Source: an uncultured Bacilli bacterium (GTDB lineage: Bacteria; Bacillota_I; Bacilli_A; RF39; UBA660). Taken from it: a stretch of DNA of 64,000 bases. The stretch lies in assembly GCA_934096705.1 (NCBI GenBank), contig CAKOMR010000004.1:11245-75244 (forward strand), written 5' to 3'. Both the position numbers and the translations under genes were made by a program. Shown in pieces: positions 56,637 through 64,000 of this stretch; within the stretch, counting starts at the first letter, position 1; every line of letters starts with the position of its first letter. The notes beneath the pieces are model-generated. The model was not told the origin of the DNA, searched no databases, and saw only the letters and a list, made by a program, of their open reading frames with translations.

Positions 56637-57659
56637 ATGAGCAAAATTTTAGATATGAAAGAAAACATAGATTCTAAAGAAATGATGGAAGCGGCTAACT
56701 ATATAAAAGAAGGAAAATTAGTAATTTTTCCTACAGAAACTGTTTATGGTATTGGTGCTAACGGTCTTGACGAAGAAGCTGTTAAAAGTATTTTTATAGC
56801 TAAAGGTCGTGCTCAAGATAATCCTTTGATTTTACATATTTCAGATATAGAAATGATTGACGATATAGCATGCGATTTAACTGGCACACAAAAAAAGCTT
56901 ATTGATATATTTTTCCCCGGTCCATTAACAATTATTTTAAAAAGAAAACCATGCGTACCTGATGCAGTTACAGGTGGTCTTGATACCGTTGGAGTTAGGA
57001 TGCCTAGCAATAAAATTGCTAATACATTAATCAAATATGCTGGTGTTCCAATTGCGGCACCTTCAGCAAATATATCTGGTAAACCAAGTGGTACAAACAT
57101 TGAAGATATAAAAAAAGAACTTGGTGATAAAGTATCATGCATTATAGATGGTGGAAATACTGATATTGGACTTGAATCAACTGTTATAACAGTTATCAAT
57201 AACAAAGTAAAAATTTTAAGGCCAGGTAAAATAACAATTGAAAACTTTAAAGAATATGGTTTTGAAGTTGAACTTGATAAAAATATTTTTTCTAGCATAA
57301 AGCCTGGAGAAAAAGTTTTATCTCCTGGGATGAAATATAAACACTATGCTCCATCAAAAGAATGTATTTTAATATATAGTGATGACAATGAAAAATTTAT
57401 AAAAAAAGCTCAAGAACTTGAAAAAGAAAAAAATATTTTAGTTGTTTGTAAATATGAAAACTTAAAAAACTTCAAACACTCTATGGATATGGGTTCGTCT
57501 CTTGAAGATATTTCACATAATATATTTCATATTCTAAGACAAGTTGATAAGACAAACTATGATTTAATTGTTATTGAGGGAGTTAAAAAAGAGGGCCTTG
57601 GCATTGCAATAATGAATAGATTAATTAGGGCATGCTCACATAATTATATTGAATTATAA
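56637..57659 (+). CDS. tsaC: L-threonylcarbamoyladenylate synthase (Sua5/YwlC type)
   Basis: FPTETVYGIGAN, APSANISGKPS, plus the C-terminal Sua5 domain; 340 aa. Confidence 0.9.
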   Translation: MSKILDMKENIDSKEMMEAANYIKEGKLVIFPTETVYGIGANGLDEEAVKSIFIAKGRAQDNPLILHISDIEMIDDIACDLTGTQKKLIDIFFPGPLTIILKRKPCVPDAVTGGLDTVGVRMPSNKIANTLIKYAGVPIAAPSANISGKPSGTNIEDIKKELGDKVSCIIDGGNTDIGLESTVITVINNKVKILRPGKITIENFKEYGFEVELDKNIFSSIKPGEKVLSPGMKYKHYAPSKECILIYSDDNEKFIKKAQELEKEKNILVVCKYENLKNFKHSMDMGSSLEDISHNIFHILRQVDKTNYDLIVIEGVKKEGLGIAIMNRLIRACSHNYIEL

Positions 57660-57660
57660 A

Positions 57661-57691
57661 AAAATTTCAGTTTAAACTACTGAAATTTTTT
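57661..57691. terminator. Bidirectional terminator after tsaC
   Basis: Perfect 10-bp stem aaaatttcag/ctgaaatttt, then a T-run. It overlaps the 3' end of the convergent gene. Confidence 0.8.
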
Positions 57692-59146
57692 ATTATCTAA
57701 AATTTTTCTTAATGTTCTAGTTAATCTTATTTGTTCTATATTTTTTTCAAGATCTGTTTCATTAGAAAACTTTTGTAATTTTTTGGCATTGACCATTGCT
57801 TGTTCTTGCTTTGTTAAAAGTTCCATAAGCATTTTATCAAAATCATTGTTTGAAAAATCCCATTTAGATATTTGAATAATTTTAAATATTTCATTTATAT
57901 TTAAAGGATAATCTTCGGGTGCAATGTAATATTCATTTTTACGAACGTTATAAAGCGCCTCTAAAAAAGTTGGAGCTTTTATTGGAGTATTAAACTTTTT
58001 CATTAATGAAGAAAGTTTTCTTTGAACAGTTTCTGGACTTGGAATCATAGATTTTGGTAGTATTTCTAAAAGCATAGGATTATATAAAAGCTGTTTATCA
58101 TAAATAGTATAAGACATATAGTTTATCACTCTAGATAATTTTTTAGAAATTCCTGCAAGGCCACGTTCTTTAACTTCTTCTTCAAATTTTTGGGCTATAT
58201 CGCTAGAAAAATATGGGCAGTTTTGAACTAAATATTTTTCTTCATCTAATGCATCCATTTGTAGTCTAGTCATTGCAAAAAATCTATATGATGATAAATA
58301 CGATTTATCTTTACAGCTTTTCTTGCTATCCCAAGTTGGATCAAAATAATATACTCCATCAATACCATATTTTTCATCTTTTATATATATTTCGTTTCTT
58401 GCATGCCCTGTGGCTTCATCTTTATTTAATAAAATAATCTCTTTACTATTAATACCTAATTTTTCTAATAAAGTTCTAAATAACCTAGCATATCCTAAAC
58501 AAACGATTTTATCTCCGAGTAACACTGCTGAAAGATCTCTTGATGTGCTAAGTGATTCATTACTTTCTTCACGCGTATAAACCTTTTTTCTAACTAAATC
58601 ATAAACATACATAATTTTTTCTAATGGTGAATAATTAAATTTTTCTACATCAGAAACCATTAAGTTAATAGCCTCTACTGTCCTTTTATACTCTTCAAAA
58701 GTAATTAGTTGTGTATTACCTTGAACATCAAAGAAAATATTATTAGTATTATCAGAAAATAATATTTCTATTTTTTTAACCGTTTCAACACTTAAATCAA
58801 ATGTATCTTTAAATAAAATTTTCTTTCCCTTTAAAATTGGATTTGCTTTATATAAAGTTGCAGATGTTTCAATATCAAAGTCAAAAGAGACATAAGAGGC
58901 ATTTTTTAATAAAGCTTCTTCTTGGCCTAAACAGCTTTCATAAAACAAAATAATATCTTCATCGTCGCAAGTTTCAATCAGATCTTTAATACTACCATTT
59001 AAATCAGTATTGGCAAAATCCAAATTCATAGTTGGTTTATCAGTAGAAATTGAAATTTCATAATCAAAATAATGTATACCAATTTCAAAATTATAAGTAT
59101 TAAAAGTAAATTCATCTTTCGGTACAAACCTAATTAATCCAGTCAT
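57677..59146 (-). CDS. Transglutaminase-like (papain-fold) domain protein
   Basis: Cys-His-Asp triad context: IVCLGYARLF, TGHARNEIY, YYFDPTWD. I prefer the start at 59146 (AAGGGGGA RBS). Confidence 0.55.
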   Translation of the reverse strand: MTGLIRFVPKDEFTFNTYNFEIGIHYFDYEISISTDKPTMNLDFANTDLNGSIKDLIETCDDEDIILFYESCLGQEEALLKNASYVSFDFDIETSATLYKANPILKGKKILFKDTFDLSVETVKKIEILFSDNTNNIFFDVQGNTQLITFEEYKRTVEAINLMVSDVEKFNYSPLEKIMYVYDLVRKKVYTREESNESLSTSRDLSAVLLGDKIVCLGYARLFRTLLEKLGINSKEIILLNKDEATGHARNEIYIKDEKYGIDGVYYFDPTWDSKKSCKDKSYLSSYRFFAMTRLQMDALDEEKYLVQNCPYFSSDIAQKFEEEVKERGLAGISKKLSRVINYMSYTIYDKQLLYNPMLLEILPKSMIPSPETVQRKLSSLMKKFNTPIKAPTFLEALYNVRKNEYYIAPEDYPLNINEIFKIIQISKWDFSNNDFDKMLMELLTKQEQAMVNAKKLQKFSNETDLEKNIEQIRLTRTLRKILDNKKFQ

Positions 59147-59248
59147 AGTTTCCCCCTTAAAACATATAACAAATTTAATTAAGTGATAGTCTAGCATATT
59201 TACTAGTTTTTGTCAAAAAATGAAAAAATTGTCAATATATATTTCACA

Positions 59249-60361
59249 TTATAATTTATTGTTATTACTAATACTTAGAATAATTCCTATGGAAATCATG
59301 CTAACAAGAAGTGATGAACCACCATAAGAAAAAAATGGAAGTGTTACACCTGTTACAGGAATTAAACCCACAACAACACATAAATTTAATAGTGCCTGAA
59401 GCATTATTTGCATTCCCAGCCCAAATGATAAGTATTTACCAAATAAATTATTGCATTTTATAGATATTTTCATAATTAAATAAAACATTATAGCAAATAA
59501 AAATGTGACTGATATAACTCCGAATATACCGAATTCTTCGGAAATAATCGCAAAAATAAAATCTGTTTGAGGTTCAGGTAAGTAAAACTGTTTTTGAACT
59601 GAGTTGCCAAATCCAAGACCTAATAAACCTCCGGGGCCAATTGCATATAATGATTGAATTATTTGATATCCACTGCCTAAAGGATCACTCCATGGATTTA
59701 AAAATGATATTATCCTTTTGAGTCTATAAGGAGCAATTATTATAAGGCCAGTTATTCCAATTAATCCTAACATAAATAAAATACCAAAAAAGGAAAGTTT
59801 AACTCCCGAAACAAATAAAATAATCATAAGGGACATAACAATTACCATACCTGAACCAAAATCTGGTTCAAGCATAATAAGTCCAAAAAACATAAATATA
59901 ACTGAAAGAAGTGGCAAAACGCCTTTATAAACGCTATTAATTTCACTATTATTTTTTTCTAAATATTTTGAGGTAAAAATAATTAAACCTATTTTTGCCA
60001 GTTCACTTGGTTGAAGTCCGAAAGGTCCTATTTTAAACCAACTTCTTGAACCGTTTCTAAGTGTTCCCACTCCAGGTATTAAAACAAGTAAAAGTAAAAT
60101 AGCACACATAAATAAAATCTTATTGGCATGTTTTTTATAAGCTCTATAATCTATTTTTGATACTATATTCATACAAATAATACTTACTAAAAAAAATATA
60201 AGCTGATATTTTGCAAAATGAAAAGCATCATTAAATTTGTATTCAGCCCATATACTACTCGCAGAATATATCATAATTATTCCATAAATAGCCATTACTG
60301 AAACTACTAAAAATAATATTTTACTTTCCTTTTTCATTAATATAATTCTATTATATTTCAA
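59249..60361 (-). CDS. SEDS-family peptidoglycan polymerase (FtsW/RodA/SpoVE)
   Basis: 10 TM helices, GSRSWFKIGPFGLQPSELAKI, and TGVTLPFFSYGGSSLL. Confidence 0.85.
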   Translation of the reverse strand: MKYNRIILMKKESKILFLVVSVMAIYGIIMIYSASSIWAEYKFNDAFHFAKYQLIFFLVSIICMNIVSKIDYRAYKKHANKILFMCAILLLLVLIPGVGTLRNGSRSWFKIGPFGLQPSELAKIGLIIFTSKYLEKNNSEINSVYKGVLPLLSVIFMFFGLIMLEPDFGSGMVIVMSLMIILFVSGVKLSFFGILFMLGLIGITGLIIIAPYRLKRIISFLNPWSDPLGSGYQIIQSLYAIGPGGLLGLGFGNSVQKQFYLPEPQTDFIFAIISEEFGIFGVISVTFLFAIMFYLIMKISIKCNNLFGKYLSFGLGMQIMLQALLNLCVVVGLIPVTGVTLPFFSYGGSSLLVSMISIGIILSISNNNKL

Positions 60362-60366
60362 AATTT

Positions 60367-62787
60367 TTATTCACTACGTAGTGATACAACAGGATCTTTT
60401 TTACTAGCAATCTTCGAAGGTATTAAACCTGCTATAAACGTTAAAATAACACTTATGGCTATTAATATTAAAGCATTTTGTACTGTTAAATGAGTTATAT
60501 TTTTTACATTTGCCAAAGAATAAACAATTTTATCTACTACTTTATTTAACAAAAGAGTCACAAGTATGCCAAATGTTCCCGACATAAATCCTTCGATAAT
60601 AGTTTCTGCATTAAATACTCTAGAAATATCTTTTTTACTTGCACCTATTGCTCTTAAAATACCTATTTCTTTTGTTCTTTCCAATACACTTATATAAGTA
60701 ATTATTGCAATCATAATGCTTGAAACCACTAAACTTATAGCAACAAAAGCAATCAAAATATATGTTATAACATCAATAATCGTAGTTATACCACTCATAA
60801 GTATTTTTACATAATCAGTGTAATTAATTTGATTTTCTTTTTCTACACTATCATTATATTTTTTTATTATTTCAGTAATTTTTTCTTTATCATCAAAATT
60901 TTTAGGATATATACTTATTGAGCTCGGAGAAGTCAAATCGCTGGCGCCAATAATTTTTAAAGTATCTTCATAAGTATTTTTATCATCAAAAATTTGACCA
61001 GATAATATGCTTTTATTCTTACTTTCTTTTTGTTCTTTAGCAATTTTAGAATTATTATTTTCTTTAATTAAATAATTGCTAAGATCCTTTGTATATCCAA
61101 TAAAACCACTTTGAGCATTTATAGCATCTGATTTAACTTTTAAAATACCTACAATTTTAATATTTTCTGAAGAAGATACAACCTTATCTAAATATTTTGC
61201 ATCATAAGACTTATTAATCCATAAGCTTCCTTCTTTTTGATAAAGATCATAGTTTTTAACAAGTTTTAAATCAAGTGATAAAAAACTATCATAAGTATAA
61301 TTTTCAGATACTATATTTTTATTTTCTTTTAAAAGTTCATTTAACTCTTTTTTATCTTTAATACCAAGAGTATATATCAAAGAAAGTGGTATTTTGCCAT
61401 CTTTATCAGTTACTAAAACAAGCTCATTATATTGCTCTGGATATTTTCCATAAACTAAATCATATTGACTTTTCAAAAGATCTGAATCACTTAAAAGTTC
61501 TTTAAAAGTGGTATCAAAATTGCTCATACTGCTACTAGAGCTCGCATTATACATGTTTTGCATTGATTCTACAAAAAGTCCATAATTACTAATCTTTTCG
61601 TTATTTTTGGCATTATAAATTTGTAAATCTAAATCATAATTATATTTTATATCCATGACATAATCATTAATATTTTCATAATTTTCTTCTAAAGCATTTT
61701 TAAATACTTTTAAATTATTTGTTACTTCTAAATTTGAAAGTTGTAAATAAGGATTAATGCTCACGTCATCCAAAGTACATACACTATTATTTGTGCATTT
61801 AACTTTTTCATCATCACGTTTCTTACTATTATTAAGCATTTGTGAATAATTAATGGAGTTTGCCTCAATCATAATTGGATAAGAAGACAAAGTTTCTTTT
61901 TCTGTTCTATTAATATAGTTTGTGGCACCCGCAGATAAAGATAATATTAAAGCTATTCCAATTATACCTATAGAACCTGCAAAAGAAGTTAAAAATGTTC
62001 TTGCCTTTTTAGTCATTAAATTATTAAGTGATAAAGATAGAGCTGTAAAAAACGTCATTGACTTATTATTTTTAGGTTTTTTTAAAAGTTTTTCATCATT
62101 AGTTTTTAAATCGTATGGATTTGTATCATTTTCGATATTTCCATCTTTTATGCTAATTATTCTACTACTATACTTTTCTGCAAGTTCTTTATTGTGAGTA
62201 ACCATTATAACTAGTCGATCTTTAGCAACACTTTTTAAAATATCCATAATCTGAGTGGATGTTTTTGAATCAAGTGCACCCGTAGGTTCATCTGCTAAAA
62301 CGATGTCAGGATTATTTACAAGAGCCCTCGCTATAGCAACTCTTTGCATTTGTCCGCCAGAAAGCATATTTGGCTTTTTTTTCATATGCTTTTCAAGGCC
62401 AACCTCAGTAAGTGCTTTAATACTTCTTTTTCTTCTTTCTTTTTTACTTATACCACTCAAAGTCAAAGCAAGTTCTACATTTGCAAGTATAGTTTGATGA
62501 GATATCAAATTGTAACTTTGAAATATGAAACCAATTTTATGATTTCTATAAGTATCCCAATCTTTATCTTTATATTTTTTAGTACTGATATTATTTATTA
62601 ATAAATCACCTGATGTATACTTATCAAGACCACCAATAATATTTAAAAGAGTTGTCTTACCACTACCTGATGGACCTAAAATTGACACAAACTCACTTTT
62701 TCTAAATGAAATATTAACATTTTTTAAAGCAACTTGAGTTAAATCTTTAGATTCATAAGTTTTTGAAATATTTTTTAATTCTAACAT
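60367..62787 (-). CDS. Fused ABC transporter ATPase/FtsX-type permease (MacB-like)
   Basis: GPSGSGKTT, LSGGQMQRVAIARAL, ADEPTGALD, then a large extracytoplasmic domain and a C-terminal FtsX 4-TM bundle. Confidence 0.85.
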   Translation of the reverse strand: MLELKNISKTYESKDLTQVALKNVNISFRKSEFVSILGPSGSGKTTLLNIIGGLDKYTSGDLLINNISTKKYKDKDWDTYRNHKIGFIFQSYNLISHQTILANVELALTLSGISKKERRKRSIKALTEVGLEKHMKKKPNMLSGGQMQRVAIARALVNNPDIVLADEPTGALDSKTSTQIMDILKSVAKDRLVIMVTHNKELAEKYSSRIISIKDGNIENDTNPYDLKTNDEKLLKKPKNNKSMTFFTALSLSLNNLMTKKARTFLTSFAGSIGIIGIALILSLSAGATNYINRTEKETLSSYPIMIEANSINYSQMLNNSKKRDDEKVKCTNNSVCTLDDVSINPYLQLSNLEVTNNLKVFKNALEENYENINDYVMDIKYNYDLDLQIYNAKNNEKISNYGLFVESMQNMYNASSSSSMSNFDTTFKELLSDSDLLKSQYDLVYGKYPEQYNELVLVTDKDGKIPLSLIYTLGIKDKKELNELLKENKNIVSENYTYDSFLSLDLKLVKNYDLYQKEGSLWINKSYDAKYLDKVVSSSENIKIVGILKVKSDAINAQSGFIGYTKDLSNYLIKENNNSKIAKEQKESKNKSILSGQIFDDKNTYEDTLKIIGASDLTSPSSISIYPKNFDDKEKITEIIKKYNDSVEKENQINYTDYVKILMSGITTIIDVITYILIAFVAISLVVSSIMIAIITYISVLERTKEIGILRAIGASKKDISRVFNAETIIEGFMSGTFGILVTLLLNKVVDKIVYSLANVKNITHLTVQNALILIAISVILTFIAGLIPSKIASKKDPVVSLRSE

Positions 62788-62893
62788 TTATTCTCCTCCA
62801 CAAAAAATAGAAGCTATCCCTATAACTTCCATCCTTAGTAATTCATCTTCTAAATACATATTAACAAAAATAAATTTAAAAGTAAATACTTTT

Positions 62894-63880
62894 TTATCTT
62901 AATACTAAATAAACAAGTGCTATCATTGATATAAATAAACCAACGCAATAAAATATTTTAATTATATCAGTTTCTTTATAAGAGAGCATTTCAAAATGAT
63001 GATGAAGAGGACTTTTTAAAAATATTTTTTTATGAAAATATCTAATTGAAATAATTTGTAAAAAACTTGATATAGTTTCAATTATAAATACAAAACCAAT
63101 TATAACTAAAGACATTTCACTTTTTAAAATAATTGCTATTGCTGCTAAAGTTGCGCCAAGTGACAAGGAACCTAAATCACCCATAAATATTTTGGCTGGA
63201 TAAAAATTAAATGTTAAAAAACCTAAAAGCGCGCCTACTAAAACAAATGAAAAAATAGCAATTTCTTCGTAACCAATAATATACGGACTATTCCAAGCAA
63301 TAATCCCATAAGATAAAAAGGCAATTGCAGAAAGCCCAGCAGCAAGACCATCAAGACCATCAGTAATATTTACTGCATTTGATGACCCCACAAGCATAAA
63401 TAATATTAAAAAACCATATAAGGATTTTAAGTCTAACGAAAATAAGTAAAAATCTACTACTGTATTATTGCCACTTATTAAAAATAAAGAAAAAAAAACT
63501 AAAGCAATAATTATTTGTAGAAAAAATTTAATTAATATAGAAAGTCCACCATTATTCTTTTTTTTAATTTTTAAATAATCATCAATAAATCCTAAAAATG
63601 CATAAGATAAAAATACTAATATTATTATTAAAAAGTTATAGGAAAAATATATGTTTTTATTTAAAAATAAGCAAAGCAAAATAAAAAGTGTGCTACAAAT
63701 AAATATTACTCCACCCATTGTCGGAGTGCCCTCTTTTTTTAGGTGTCTTTCATTTAATAACCTGGATACTTTTTGACCAAAATGCATTTTTTTAAAAAAT
63801 GGTACAATTAAAATTCCCAGTATTATTGAAACTATAAATCCTAACATTATACATAAAATCGATTTAGTAAGCGTTAACAT
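62894..63880 (-). CDS. mraY: Phospho-N-acetylmuramoyl-pentapeptide transferase
   Basis: FIDDYLKIKKK, NAVNITDGLDGLA, HHHFE. Confidence 0.95.
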   Translation of the reverse strand: MLTLTKSILCIMLGFIVSIILGILIVPFFKKMHFGQKVSRLLNERHLKKEGTPTMGGVIFICSTLFILLCLFLNKNIYFSYNFLIIILVFLSYAFLGFIDDYLKIKKKNNGGLSILIKFFLQIIIALVFFSLFLISGNNTVVDFYLFSLDLKSLYGFLILFMLVGSSNAVNITDGLDGLAAGLSAIAFLSYGIIAWNSPYIIGYEEIAIFSFVLVGALLGFLTFNFYPAKIFMGDLGSLSLGATLAAIAIILKSEMSLVIIGFVFIIETISSFLQIISIRYFHKKIFLKSPLHHHFEMLSYKETDIIKIFYCVGLFISMIALVYLVLR

Positions 63881-63890
63881 TTAAGCCTCC

Positions 63891-64000
63891 TTATTTTAAT
63901 AAAAGTACTACAGAATTACCTTCTTTTACATAAGTCCCACCCGAAGGAGTTTGATAGGACACGTTTGTGCCTGATCCAGAAAATTCAAGTTTAAATCCCT
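63891..64000 (-). CDS. C-terminal fragment of a penicillin-binding protein (PASTA-like end; SpoVD/PBP2B position)
   Basis: Manual translation ...GFKLEFSGSGTNVSYQTPSGGTYVKEGNSVVLLLK*. Lies upstream of mraY, as in the dcw cluster. The N-terminus is outside the window. Confidence 0.4.
   Translation of the reverse strand, partial: GFKLEFSGSGTNVSYQTPSGGTYVKEGNSVVLLLK

Noticed and set aside
1-64000. CRISPR arrays, rRNA genes, transposases or prophage blocks
   Set aside because: I saw no regularly spaced repeat array, no rRNA-like conserved stretches, and no transposase, integrase-plus-att or phage structural genes. The only repeats are the PF paralogue blocks and short AT-rich tandem or inverted repeats.

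Overview
This is an AT-rich chromosomal window (by eye about 25-30% G+C, not computed) from a spore-forming low-GC Firmicute. All calls come from reading the supplied translations and the DNA by eye. No database search was run.

Nearly all genes are on the minus strand. Most are core housekeeping genes in Bacillus-like order:
- spoVID-ysxE-like pair, then dtd and rel
- comN-like gene, a SpoVB/MurJ-type flippase, spoVIF-like gene, tig, xerC/D-like recombinase
- hrcA-grpE-dnaK-(pepF)-dnaJ, preceded by two CIRCE operators
- mreC-mreD-spoIVFA-spoIVFB-rplU-prp-rpmA-obg
- murF-ddl, lon, ffh-engB-(pilin)-der
- spoIVB, xseA/xseB, nusB, rimM-trmD, mscL, tRNA-Gln, priA, tsaC, an ftsW-like gene, a MacB-type ABC transporter, mraY, and a PBP fragment

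The accessory content is a dispersed five-member family of large secreted proteins, here called PF-A to PF-E. Four of them start with a SipW/TasA-type signal peptide (hydrophobic core followed by F/Y-A-Y-F/L). Four end in a shared module: WRI(V/I)R ... LTYP(V/I)GL ... YW(L/T)xSP ... VRP(A/V)ISL ... G-x-G-(S/T)-(Y/W)-x-x-P-(F/Y)-x-V. An archaeal-type (SipW-like) signal peptidase gene lies in the same window.

The most unusual signal is a 102-nt cassette near the 3' end of PF-A. It is 65% G+C, and 28 of its 34 codons end in C or G. The paralogue PF-B carries an equal-length, almost unrelated cassette at the same position, while the flanks are 82-86% identical. This resembles the variable region of a diversity-generating retroelement (DGR), but no reverse transcriptase or template repeat is in the window.

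Other notable points:
- Type IV pilus / Com-like parts are scattered: an orphan PilB-like ATPase, a canonical prepilin wedged between engB and der, and a partial pseudopilin at the window edge.
- The Rel hydrolase motifs are degenerate.
- A surface-protein gene is interrupted by one in-frame TAA and is absent from the ORF track.
- MurF has a membrane-spanning N-terminus.
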